A DNA stretch of 64,000 nt from positions 1,426,001 to 1,490,000 of the forward strand of contig CATNEN010000012.1 in the NCBI GenBank assembly GCA_950097015.1, written 5' to 3'. Shown here one piece after another: positions 22,535 to 35,300 of this stretch (position 1 is its first letter; each line of letters starts with the position of its first letter). This DNA comes from Macrostomum hystrix. Taxonomy: Eukaryota > Animalia > Platyhelminthes. The notes beneath the pieces were generated by a model. The model saw only the letters and a list, made by a program, of their open reading frames with translations. It was not told where the DNA came from and did no database searches. Position numbers and translations under genes: made by a program.

Positions 22535-25500
22535 TCAGCGGCCAGACGATGAAGACGACGATGATCGACGACGCCGGCGACGGCCTCCGCCTGTGGCCTC
22601 CTCACCCGAGGAGCTTGAACTATCATCGCGTGAAGCCGCAGCCTCAGCGACACCAGCGGAGGCGGCGGTGGAAGCCGGAGCAGCGTTGGTTGTGCGCTGA
22701 ATGAACTCATTGACGCGCTGCTCATAATCTTTCATTGAGAGCTCTGGCAGCGGCTGCTGCTGCGGCTGCGGCTGCTGCTGATACTGAAGCTGCTGCATGT
22801 ACTGCTGCTGCTGCTGAGGATAGCCGTACATGGGATGCTGCTGGCCAGGCATCATGTACTGCTGACCGTACATCATAGCGTATGGATTAGCAGCGGCCGC
22901 GTATTGATAGCCGTAAGCTGCTGTGTATTGCTGGTACGGCTGCTGCTGCTGGGAGGCTTGCTCAGGCTGGCCCACAGCTGCTGAGCCGAACTGCTTCAAA
23001 TAGTCCTGATAGCTGCCATTAATGAATGTCTCCTTGCCGACTCCCTGGAAGTTGCTGCTGACGTTGGCGCCATTGCCGTTGCCAGCGTTGCTGCGATCGC
23101 GATTGCGGCTGCCGCTGCGGCGACGATCGCGACCCGCGCTGCCGTGCCGGTCGCCGCCTCTGCCTCTGTGACCAGCTGGACTGCGAGATCGTCGGCGACT
23201 GCTCGAGCGGCGGCCGCTAGACCGGCGACGATGCCTGGACGACGACGACGATGATGGCGCCGGCTCCCGATGATCGCGATGATCGCGACGACGATCCCGT
23301 TCCCGATCACGCTCGCGATCGCGGTGACGATCGCGGGAAGACGCACGCTGCTGCTGCTGATGATGATGCAGTGGAATATTCGGGGGCGGCACCTGCTGAT
23401 GATACTGCTGTTGCTGATCCAACTGCATAAATTGCTGCGGCGGTGGGACCACATGCCCTGGTGGCATCTGCGGCAACATGGGCGGAGGCTGCTGCTGATA
23501 ATGATGCTGCGGATTTTGATGCTGCGGCGGCCCAGACGGCACGTTGATGCGTCGTCGCGATCTGGTGCGCTCAACCAGCCGGTTGAGATCGCACTCCGGA
23601 TCGACGTGAAACAGTCGGCAGAGAGCCTCGCCAACGCCAGGCTCAATCTCCTGACCATCGCGGCCAATCTTAACCGGTTTGAATTCGTTCCAAGCGTTGA
23701 GCAGGTGGCCAGTCTTGCCGAAGCGCAACTCGCGCCGGCTAATCCAATCGATGCGGAAGGTGCCGCTCAGTGCGCGATGACTCAGGCCAGGCGGTAGGAC
23801 CCAGTTGACCCGGTCCCGACTGCCGGTTTTCTCCGATGGGCCGGCTAGCCTGGCATAGCCCTGGCGATTTTGGGGGAGACGGACGGGTGGGCTGGGGTTT
23901 AAAGCAATGTTCCCATGTTCATTAGCCTCAGTAAAACTATTCAGCTTGTTACCTCCTGAATGCATTTTTTAGAGTTCGCAATTCGATGTCAGGATTATAT
24001 TATAATAAGCGAGATCTTTGGCATCTCACAAGTGACCCTAGCACAGGTAACATAATTTCACAACGCTGAACAGCAATTAGAAGATATAATTATTTTGCTA
24101 TCTCAATTTAATTAGGCCATTCAGCGGATGTGAACTAACGACATTGGTCTACAAAAGTTCCTAGTTGCACGAATATTCGTTGTAATTCAGAAGTCGTAGC
24201 TCTAGATCAGAGATTATCAGAGAGAAGAGACAGTGTGGATAGATAAGACAAAGGAGAGATGAGATACAGTCAAGTAGGTATTGGCCAAGAAGTCAGGAAA
24301 CTTGGAGCCGCCCGCGGGCCGGAGAGGGTTGCCAAACTCTGCAGTGTAATTGGTAATAGTTTTACTAACTTACCTGTTACATATATATTTAATCATCTAT
24401 AAGACAAGACAGCATCAGCAAAGTCTGTTTATAATTAACTTACCCATACTAAAATATTAATGTTAAGTCGATATCTATGAACAACCCCATCAAGGAATTA
24501 CAAAAAAAACAAGTTAAAAATTTCCACTCGTTTGTGCCATACTTACTCGGAGCTTATTAGAGCGGAAAATGAATAGAATACAAGTACCAAGAACTGTTAG
24601 CGCAAAGAAACTTTTAACAACAAAAATGAGCTATTTGAATGCTAGAACTGAGCATGAGTTCTCAAGCAATGAGCTGAAACCTAACATTCTGATCAGTTTA
24701 TAAATACATACGGCACCCACAAATGACTAGTTATAAAAGTCAAAAGGCGCCACTAAATTGCAGTCACAAATATGCCGAATGTATAGAAATATATTGCATA
24801 TATATATTTACACGGGTAAATATAAAATGCTAATGCTTTGCAAGGATAAATGAAAGACTTTGTGCTGTTCTGGCAAGTTTCAGCATATTTAAAGTCACTT
24901 TAAATTAATAAGCAATTAACCAACCCCGCGCATTGATATTTGAAAGTTATGAGTTCAATAAATAGGCCCCAAAGTGTGTCTTATTGATTCAGATGTGAAA
25001 AGGAGACAGTTAATTTCATATCCAATTCATTAGATCAGACATCAGCGATGCTCAGCTATTCTGTGTCTCTCTACCTGAAATCGGCCGCTCTCCTTCACCG
25101 AGAATATTAGATAGACTGAGCGCGAATTGTGATAGGCCCCATTCAGCCGGTGCTCATTTGGCGGCGGCGTGGCCCAAACGCCTTTAACCTTGGCTAGGGA
25201 GACATTCTCATAGTTGGAGCTTTTCACCATGAAGTAGCGGGCGTCGCGGAACAGGTCGGCCAGCTGCTCCGGCTGGTCGGGCACGGGCGAGCCCGGAGTC
25301 ACCGTTGGCACCTGCTGGTCCTCAGCAATGCCCAGTTCCAGCTCTCCGTCAGCGTTGGCGCCAGTCTCCACCTGATCGGCGCCATTGTCTTCTGTTGCCA
25401 TTCTGTTGTCTTCTGTCGGCATTCGAATCGGCGAAATAGCCGGCTTGACTGGCTTCCCCAAGTCATCATTGGCGACGGCTTCGGTAGCTTCGGCGCCGCT

Positions 25501-25554
25501 ACTGGCGTCCATGACGGGTGGTTGATCGTTGAATGCAGCAGAATCGACGCTCAT
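22535..25554 (-). CDS. YTHDC1: YTH domain-containing protein 1 (nuclear m6A reader, YT521-B), about 601 aa, 2 coding exons
   Basis: Exons 25554-25075 and 23860-22535. YTH motifs [39 protein letters not shown]|[36 protein letters not shown]; RS/RD-rich tail and a [18 protein letters not shown] motif as in YTHDC1. Confidence 0.92.
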
Positions 25555-25567
25555 TGTTGAAAAATAG

Positions 25568-25580
25568 CTGCGGGTTATGC
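25568..25580 (-). other. 3' splice acceptor 13 nt upstream of the YTHDC1 ATG
   Basis: Minus strand GCATAACCCGCAG|CTATTTTTCAACAATG. It could be cis-spliced from a donor such as CAGCG|GTAAAT at 28932, or trans-spliced. Confidence 0.45.
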
Positions 25581-27705
25581 AATGACAGTCTTATAATATG
25601 TATTATGGGAATATTTAAAGTTCACGCGAAGCTTTTGGCTGGACTACTGTTAAGAGCATTAGACTCCTGATTTCCAATTTCAGCCATAGGGAGACAACTT
25701 ATGTCCTTAAGTAAAACACTTAAATTGTTCATTAATTAATTATTAATTGATTCTTGATTAATTAATTGATTCTTGGGCAATATTGCAGTTAGGGTATGCA
25801 ATAATTTTAATTTCAAGAGTTTTGCATTTGTTTTCATTTATTTGAGAATAGCTAACACCAAAGAAAATTAGAATTGCAACAACTTTGGTAAAATCATATC
25901 TTTAGAGTGATAATTAAAGAGAGAAGCACTAGGACAACTTTGGTTACATCATTGAGATAAATACTTTACTAAGAAGTTAGGCCTATGACATGTTCTCTCT
26001 ACATATAAACTTATTACATTTATTAAATAAAAATTGCTATAGTACATGTAGCAAATCCTTGACAAAAATGTCCCACATATTTTTTTAACTGAGTTTAGTT
26101 TAACTGAATCAAACATTTCCATTTTATTCCAGATTTCCATATTATACTAGATTTCACTAAAGCATATACAACACTGTCTGCATTGACCCCTATTAGCTCC
26201 AAAAAGGACTTCTGGGTTGTGGCCATAGTTTGGATCATGTAGTTTACACAGGAAATTTCTGACGTACATTTGTGCAGTTGGTATATATAGGTGTGCACAA
26301 GCCTCCAATTGGCATACTCTACATGCAAACAGGTGCTTCGCATTTATGTTCGCCTCATGTCCACGTCTGCATGCAGTAGAACATGGGAGAATGTCAGAGT
26401 GGAAAAAAATATATGGACAATAAATTGAAATAAAAAAATTGTTGGCTAAAGTCTAACTAAGCTGCTCTAAGCGCTAAAGCTGAAATTTCCCATTTTCATC
26501 TAAAAGCGATTCAAAACTTTCAAAAATTGTGCAGCTTCAAACAAACTCCAAAAAAACATTCAAACAAAGTTCAGCATTTAATTATAAAAAATATATTTCT
26601 TCATGAGCTTCTAAGAGCCAAATTGCCTCAAAAAATTTAAACTCTTATTTAGAACCCAACTTTTACATGAATACTCATTTTAACTTTTGTTTAAATGCCA
26701 TGACATTTATATTGACCAATGGGATGGACTACCATACAAATCGCCACTATCTAGAAATTAGTAGTAAAAATTCTTAGCATACATTGGCATGCAAAAGCAC
26801 TTTTTGGCATGTGTTGGCATGTAAATGAAAATTTACCCTTCTTCATTCCAGCGTACACCCAGCATGATCCAGACTATGGGGTTGTGGTCATATTGTCCTA
26901 TGCCCATTTTGGTATTTGGTAATGGCTACATGCCTGTACACTTAATTGGAGGTGCCCACAAGTGGCAATGCTACAGTTTGTATTGCAATATTAGGTTATT
27001 ATTTTTGCAATAAAAAGTGAACTTAGACTGCCTTAAAAATTGAAAGGGATGTGAACTAGGCCTAATGAGCAATCTAGCAAATAATTGTACCAAAAACATT
27101 GTTAGGTCAGCTAAAGCTGCCACCACAGAAACTCTTTTTAGGTTACTCTCAAATGGTTCCTGGACACTGCCATCAGTTTTTTCCATTATCTTACACTTTT
27201 GTCATTAACATTCCAGATTGGATACCTTGTCATCCAGCCGAGCCAATTGGCGGATCTTATAGACAAAGTTATGTCAGTTCATCAACCATCAATAGAAACT
27301 ACAGTGTTGATTTGATTTATAGTTGCTGATGCATATAGTATATGAAAAACTGAGGACAAACTGTGAGTGTTTCAGTTCTAGGTGATCAAAAATGTTTAAA
27401 TTCATCAAATTTAAATGCATACTATAAAAGAAAAGTGGTTGCTATAATGCCATACAGTTAGTTGGTAGACTTGGAGACATTAATCTAAGGACATCTAAGT
27501 AATCTAAGTAATGAAGTAAGTAACAAAGAAAACTACAAGGCTACTGCTTATTGAGATGGTCAATTTGAAACTAAAATTTCAAAATTTGAAATTTGTGCAA
27601 AGCACAAAGACAACAGTTAAACAACAATAGCTTGGTTGGTTGGACATTCGCACTGCCTTTAATCATGGGCCCCCTAGAGATGACCAACTGTCTATAACCA
27701 ACTGT

Positions 27706-28243
27706 CCCAGGTCATTTCGATGACGACATTTTGGTGAGTCATTTTGGTGACAACTAAAGTCATTTCAGTGACATAATTGGTCAGATTGGTGACAACTATT
27801 TTTGCACCTAAATATGCTAAAAACAGCCTTGACTAGGCCTACTCATTGCCATCTCGTTACCACAGAGTTTGAATGATAGGTCTAAGCTCAATATAGTACT
27901 AATTTATGTCACTAGATGCTATAAGTATTAATAAGAAGCTGCATCGCTCTGATTAAATCTGGGTTTTACTTTAAATGAGTTAAATTATTAAATTATTTAA
28001 TGAGTAGGCCTAGGCCTAGTCAATAGTATAGTTTCAATAGTTATTTGTTCCTAATTAAATGAGTATAATAATCATTTTTCAAGTTTTGGATTGACAAGTC
28101 GAGTGTAGGCTTTAAGTAGCTGCTAGATTGTGGAAGGCTGTTTTCTCAACATATTTAGGTGCAAAAATAGTTGTCAGCGAACTGACCAATTCTGTCACCG
28201 AAATGACTGTCACCAAAATGTCTTGTCACCGAAATGACCTGGG
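27706..28243. mobile_element. Foldback-type MITE with about 110-125 bp terminal inverted repeats
   Basis: CCCAGGTCATTTCG...GCACCTAAATATG...AAAACAGCCTT (27706-27830) mirrors AAGGCTGTTTT...CATATTTAGGTGC...CGAAATGACCTGGG (28134-28243). Internal GTCATTTyGGTGAC subrepeats; no clear TSD. Confidence 0.8.
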
Positions 28244-29089
28244 TCCCTCTGAAGGCATTATTGGGGAATAGGACCAAGCTGAAACCAAAAGACAAAAGCT
28301 TACTCACTAATGCATTAGCTGCAAGCCAATAGGCTCAATACAAAGTGCCATTGTTATTAAATAGCCCACCAACCTTAAAAAAATCTTGTAGCTATTTACA
28401 AAAATGTAAAAATCAATTGTTACATAGTTATAGTTATATACAACATATTGTATATAGACAGTCTTTTGACTTATGCTTAACTTTTAAATTAATGTAAAAA
28501 ACATAGGAGCATATTTATAATTAAATTGAGGAGATAACTGTTCAGACACAGTTCAGACGGAAATAACCGGTGAAATGTTATGATTCATAGACTTTGTCTA
28601 AACATGAAGCAGCTTGATATACCATTTTTGCAGCTCGAGAATGGATTGTAAATTTTCATTTAATTACTCAAAACGATTTGCATATTAATAAAATAAAATG
28701 TTAATATGTAGATGCGAATATAAAATAGCCACTGCATCATATAATTGTACCGTGGCAAAGCCACTTTGTTCTTTCGTAAAATATTTTCTTTGATTTTTCC
28801 TGTTTTCTTTGGTTTTACTGGTATTATTCGTAGAATGTTAGCGGCAGTTTAATCATAAATTTTAAATTCGGAGTTAAGACGTCAAAGCTCAAAGCAGCCC
28901 CTTAATCGCGAATTTTCTTTACTAATATTTACCGCTGCGCTGTCCCCTCTCAAAACAGTATATAGGCAGGTTGCCTCTGTATAATTTTTGGCCCACTCAT
29001 AGTTGCGAACTTTAGCAAAATGCGGGAGAGTAAGAATTCTGATCCTTCTTAGCTTCACCCTTTTTAGCATGACGTACGCACAGCTCTTT

Positions 29090-29400
29090 ATTGGCCTGTA
29101 CAGTATAAACCAAATAAAGTTAGAGTGCGGCCATGGATGGTGAAGTGAGCAATGGGGGCTTGATAAATAATTTTAATCTATTAAAAGATTTCATTCATAA
29201 AACTAATATTCCTATAGCAGTATATTTAGAGTTGCCCATCCTGTCGCAAAGTGATATGATGGCGTAGCGACCAATAAGTGGCTATCAATATTTGCCCGCG
29301 ACGATGGCGACTAAAACCAGTCACATCGCGACGTCGCTTCGACGTACGACCTGGCTTGTGATTGGATGTCGAATATCAAAAAGTCAAAGAGTCAAAGAGG
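29090..29400. promoter_or_regulatory. Candidate promoter region for the minus-strand gene cluster
   Basis: CpG-enriched patch in an AT-rich region, with CCAAT/ATTGG boxes (about 29090, 29270, 29360) and two ATGGCG (YY1-like) motifs (about 29258, 29303). Motif inspection only. Confidence 0.3.
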
Positions 29401-29529
29401 ACGGCGCGCCATGCCAGCATCAGCCAGCAGGCAATCGACGACACGCAGATTTCGGACCTGGCCGCACCGGTAGGGGGCTTCAGCGGCACCTCCTGCTATC
29501 TCAGCAGTAGGTTATCCAGGTAATCCACC

Positions 29530-32390
29530 GGGACAAAAAAAATTCTGGAGGGAGAAGACAGCCAAACTGGTCGTCAACAGCGGCTTGTTGCGCATGCTGC
29601 ATCATGTGGGGGATGGCCCAAAACCCATCAGCAGAGTGTCGTTTCGAAGAAAGCGAACCAGCCCGCGGGAGCCCTTTCACCCAGCCCGCACCAACCTGGA
29701 AAAGACCAACCTCTTCTGTCAGCAGTACAGCGCCATCTCCAGAGTCAAAGGAGGACCCCAGGATGTCCCCATCGACCGGAGCACGAAGACCGCCCTATAC
29801 ACTCTGGGTGTTCCTGCAAGAAAGATCCGTACCGTATCCCGATTCGTGCGCTCAAATCCGGGAAAGCACCAGCCCAAGATGTAGTCAATAACGACATGCT
29901 TAAAAGGCTACCGCCGTCTACGGACCAGAGACTGCTCGTGCTCATCAATCGGTCATATAATAATAATAATAATTGCAGGAAGGCTGCGGGCAGTGGCACA
30001 TCATTAGTGACACTAGACCCAAAGCCAGCGAGGAGGCAATTCTGCCCATTTCGCTGACTCCTGAGCACACACGCACACAGATACTGTACGCAGGCATAAC
30101 ACTCGCACAGGTGAGTATATCTGCCCTGACTTTCTCATCGTCAGGCAGTTGACATTGCACCCCAAATAAATGTGGCCTCGCCGTTGGATCGAACTTCGGG
30201 ACCGTTGTGCGAGAGGCAAACTCGTTAACCGCTCTGCCACCGACCCCCCTATCATCGGTCATCGATGGAAGGATAATGTCCAATGCAATGAAAAAAGTCT
30301 ACCTTGTGCCTATACCGAAGAGAGGGAAAGACCCTAGCAGCCCCGGATCATATCGTCCAGCATCGCAAAGCATGCTGAGAGATGCAAGAATGCTACAAGC
30401 ATCGCCAAGGTGCTCCAACCGCTGCGCTACATCCTCGAGAGCTCCTGCCGCCTCAGCAGCACCCAGGTCGGCTTTCGCCACGGCCGCTCCACCGAGTCGC
30501 GCTTACGACTGGGTCTGGAAGGCCGGCCTGATCCTTAAGCTTAAGAGACTGGGCATCCCTGCCTTCGCTGGATACGGAGCTTCCTCGCCAACCGCCACAC
30601 GATAGTGAAGGTCTAAAACTGACTCAGTGGAGAACTGATCTTCAAGGAAGGCCTCCCCCAAGATGGCGTGCTGGCACCCTGCTTTGGGTCATCTACATCC
30701 TACATATCAACGATCTCTACATACACCAGCGCTGTGGAAAAGGCCACCACGGACTGCAAACTATGCCGAAAACAGCGCGCTCCTGGCAGCCAGCCGGAGT
30801 CTCGAGGCCTGAGCAGACAAATTGCAGACCGCCTTGAAAAGTGGAAGGTGGAGCTCAGCGCTGGTGTGTCTATGGCCTGTCTTGCCTGCATGAGCGCCCG
30901 CCGCAGCCCATTGGCTGCCATGGCCAGCCGAAGCAACTGGGCCGATCAACAGACCCTGCGGGCGCCTACGTCAGTACAGTCCGGGCCGTCGCCGAATTCG
31001 CCTCGAGCATCTGGCTCTGCAGCGCTGCCCGGTCGACCTGCGACTCTATTGAGCGCCAATAGAGCTTCCTCGACCGGGCAGGATCATTACGGGATGCATC
31101 CTCCCGACTGACTCATGCAGCGTCATCCGCCTCACCGAACTGTCACCGGTCTCAGACATCGCCTCGGAGAGAGCTGGCCGCCTCAAGGAGAGTGTCCTCC
31201 GCATGGGCCTGGACCTGCCTGCTTTCAAATCGGCCACCAGAACGACGCGACCTCGACTCAAGAACCGCACCTACGAGGTCGCGCAACGAAGGCAGAGCAC
31301 CGCCGACTAACAGCAGGAAACGCCATACTTGGACTTTCCAACTTTGGCAGGAAACGAGACACCGACTGTCCATTCCGGAACTGCTGACGCCATGCGGCAC
31401 TCGAGATGCCATCTAGCATGGCGGCGGCAACCCTAGCATCGCCCCCTGGGACGCGCACACAGACAACGTCCTACTGTCTAGAGGCCGCAGCCAGGTGCAA
31501 CAGAACCGAACCGCCCGACGTCCGGAACACGGCAGCCATCGACACGCTGTCGGCCCAGCCGGAAGCAGACATTAGCGCCTGGACCGATGGCTCCGTCGTC
31601 AATGGCACTAGACCGGGCGGCAGCGTCGCCATAATCTGCACCAAACTGATCACCAACGTTCGCTAGCTCCCAGCCGGCCGTTACTGCAGCTCCTTTGGTG
31701 CGTAAATCGAGCAATTCAAGCCGCTCTAACCATCATCACCGATCAGGTCGCCCCGGGCGAGTCTCGCATCCGCCTCTGCAGCAATTCCTTATCCTCGCTG
31801 ATGGCCTTCAGACTGGTCCCCTTGGGGATCTTACAGAAAGTGGCCTGGCCTGCTGGCGGCGCCACATGGAGTTGAGCACCCGTCACAATTACATTGACCT
31901 GACCTGGGTCCCCGCCCACTGCGGCGTCCCAGTTAATGGAGCCGCGGACAGAGCCGCCAAGGCAGCTATTCGTCGGGATGATGACGCACTCCCGCGCCGG
32001 CATGGCAGACTTTCGCAGCCAGGAACCGCGCTGAGCACACCGCGGTCTGCCAGCTCCGCGCCGGCGCCTCAATGCTGGCCACAGATGTCCCCCCACTGCT
32101 TCGGACAAGCTGATGCACCGAACTGCCAGGACTGCAGTGCGGTCGACACCTCCTGGCACACCATGTCTTCAGCTGCCCGCGAGGGGACGCGCACCGAATG
32201 CGCGTGTTCGGCTCAGACGTCGAGCGCCTCCTCACCGAGCCGGGCCTGGCACTCCTCGCTTCTCCAGAGCATGGAGCGTTGGCAAAATCCTCGCTAGCAA
32301 GCTTCGGCTAGCAAAATCCTCGCCAGCAAGCTTCGGCTAGCAAAATCCTCGCTATAGCAAGCTTCGGCAAGCATATTTCCGCTAGCAAAA
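29530..32390 (+). mobile_element. Decayed non-LTR retrotransposon (I/Ingi/Nimb-like) with RT, RNase H and C-terminal Zn-finger remnants
   Basis: Fragments EKTNLFCQQYSAISR, GKAPAQDVVNNDMLKRLP, LVPIPKRGKDPSSPGSYRP, TQVGFRHGRSTE, FKEGLPQDGVLAP, AWTDGS, LTWVPAHCGVPVNGAADRAAKAA, QLRAG...CQDC. Many frameshifts and stops; ends in about 29 bp tandem AAAATCCTCGCTAGCAAGCTTCGGCTAGC repeats. Confidence 0.85.
29957..30249 (-). mobile_element. SINE family A copy (internally deleted) inserted in the non-LTR RT region
   Basis: Reverse head GGGGGTCGGTGGCAGAGCGGTTAACG and (TAT)n tail. Flanked by ATCAATCGGTCAT / ATCATCGGTCAT (TSD with a 1-nt indel); the RT reading frame resumes across it. Confidence 0.88.
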
Positions 32391-35300
32391 TTCATAGACC
32401 CCGGATATCACAAACTCATTGGGATGGTTGGGATACCTATATCACAACCATCCCAACAATCAGCAGTTGCCTGGCAGCCAACGGACCTTCTGTCGTTCAC
32501 CTCTTTCAGGAAAATCCTTAAACGACTAAAACGTACACAACAGCTGGGAGTCTGCTCTTGGAACAACACTCAGAGAAATTCAGTTAGCTGCCGAGGTCGA
32601 ATCGTCGCCGTTAGATTTCATTTTTAATGCGGATCAAACCCCATTACCACCGTTCACAGAGGAGCTTATTCGGCCAAAAAAAGTGCACCAGGCGGGACAA
32701 GCGTTTCGTAAATCAGTCCTACGCGCCGCAAACCACAAAATTCCTAGAGGCCGCTAATTAAATCCAGCTGAAGCTAGCATAGATATTTCATCGCTGAAAG
32801 AAATGCTCGCCGCGCTGCTAATACAGATTGACCCTCTATCCTATCCTAAACGCTGCAGTCAACGTCACTTTGCACAACTACAAACAAGAGAGATGACGAC
32901 GTTTACCTCGAGTGCTCGACATCCCCCGAAAGCTTCGACAAAATCAAGTTCGACTCTATACCGACAAAATCCAACGTAGAGTCAGCCAACCGCTTCAATT
33001 ACAGTACTTACTGTTCACCAGACCACGTGGGCACAAGAACTAAAGAGAACTTGTGGACCAGACCTCATGGACCCGGCCATCATCAGTCACGACAACAATT
33101 GTACATGTCTAGATACAGCGGCATGATCGCATCAACCAGTTGCTACGGTACCTGATTGCAATATGCCGCGAATCGAACACATTTAGAAGGTCAATAAAAC
33201 GTTGATCCGACTGAATTGGTGGGGCGCGCCACTCAGCTCGTTACGAAAAATTCCAGCACTTCGACCAGAACCTCGAATTGCACCAACCCCGTTTAAGATT
33301 TGAGGCGGCAACCTGGTTAGTGTTACTGCTAAGACCTTTTTAATTGTGAAATGTGGCTCCTCAATGGTCCCAACAAAAGAACCAGCTCGGCCAGCTAGGC
33401 AACAGCAGGCATCTGAGAGCGGCACGGGCCCGCTCCAGATGCTCTTGCGTTGCCGTTGTTTGGTACAGTTAGATATTCCGAAAACTTTACACAGTGCGAA
33501 AGTATAAGTGCGCAAGTGCTGACAGCTTAGGGTTAGCAATACTAATCAGCAATATTTTTGTAGTACGTTTAGCTCAAGACTCTACTCCTCGTGGCCCTTG
33601 GTTTAGATCTGCTGCAATACATTGATAAATTATAACTATCAAATTCAAGTTCTATTATTAAAAGAAGACGTTTGAAGTATAATGCCACTGCCAATAGGAA
33701 AGCATGCTGTAAGACAAAGAAAGCTTTTGTTATACGTCAAATGATTCCGGAATTTTAACGCAAAAACACGTGCGCGCAATTGTCGATAATTTTGTGCAAA
33801 AGTTAGGCCCTACAGTAATAATTAAAAAATAATTTCAGGGCCTCAGGACTTGCTTTATCCTGAATCCTGAATCCTGAATCCTGAATTACCTGTATCAATA
33901 TTTCGTCAAACAAATTATTGAAATCAACTATTGCACTCAATAAGAATTTAACTGCTAAAACACAATCCATTTAGCTAGGCCTACTCTTAATGCTTTAATG
34001 GGCCTTTATTTGGATTTGTGTTACCTGGCTTTCGAGGCCCGTGGGAGACTTAGCATAAAAGTTTTAGGCTTATCCTGCACGGCGATTAGACATCTACAAG
34101 TTACATTGTTTCTTAAAGTCTAAGGAAAAACACTGTCATAGAATCAATATACATCCCTAGGCATATTGGAAAAAGTTGACAACCCACAGATGGCGTCCAG
34201 TGCGCTTTTCGGATTTTTCGAAAGCATGCACGCTTGTCCTACTTAACTGCAACTCGAAAAGACTTGAGCAGCCAGCAGAAAGAGGCATGGCTAAAGCGCA
34301 CCTTTCTCAATCCTTTTTAATTCTCAAGCGTGCATCCACAGGTTTTCAACATTTTTTCCAATTCGGATATACATAGGCCATAGACCTGGCTTAGCAAAAT
34401 CAAATGTAATCGTTTTCAGCAGCTGAATCATTTTCTAAAGTAGGTAGGCCTATTAGATTATAAGTAATCAGGCATTGTTCTTAAGAAATTTTGGCTGCTA
34501 CAGTTGCTCACCTCTTCTCAGTTGTCAACCAATCTGACAGACAAATATTTACATAGGCCTAGCTAGTTATTGAAGCTTGGTCTATCTTATTCTTAGCTAG
34601 GCCCCTAGCTTCACTGGCTATTTTATGACTATTCTTGAACCTTGCTAGTTAGCTCATTGTAGGCCTACTCACTGCATTATGACCTAAACTAAAACTGCAG
34701 GTTGACTACTAACTTGTGTAGACAAAAGTAGATAGGCCTATAGCTTTATTATATGCCTAGCTAATATATTCTGCCTCAAATGGCTCAATATAGCAATATT
34801 GTGTAGGGCCTAATGCCTTTTATTTTAAGTCATGGAACTTATATTCATGGCAATTGGCAGGTATCCCAGGCCAAATGAATGTGGCTTTGCCATTGGAATC
34901 TAACAGGTTCTAGTCTTTTTGTATTTCATTTTCTTTTCTGCCAACAGACAAGTTGTCTTAGTAGGCAAATGAAATTCATAAGCAGTATAAATAATTTCCA
35001 AACAGCATTTGATTTGATGGCTATGAGAATGAACCTTTAAAATGAGTCAAATATTGTTCAGATATACTGCAGACTAAAGGGACGCAGTCTTAAATGCATG
35101 TGATCAATATGAACTTTGTGAATGTGCATTGTAGCAGATGACTTTTTTCAATTGTTTCAATTGTAGACAAACTTTAGTACTTAGGGGGTTAGCTAAGGGG
35201 CTGGGACAGGGAGAGTGGACAGAGGCTCATACCACTGTACATCTATATCCCTATTTTCAACCAGGGTCCTATTGGCTATAAGGGTTGTTTGTTAGAATTC

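Noticed and set aside
33183-33539. 118 aa minus-strand ORF in a moderately GC-rich patch
   Set aside because: No true ATG start, no recognisable domain and no consistent splice partners; probably decayed mobile DNA.
33859-33888. (TCCTGAA)4 microsatellite and a single TTAGGG at about 33527
   Set aside because: Too short to be notable; no telomeric array.
34189-34320. CCCACAG|ATGGCG as a possible MDN1 first exon
   Set aside because: The ATG frame stops after 18 codons, and the alternative frame has no usable GT donor before its stop.
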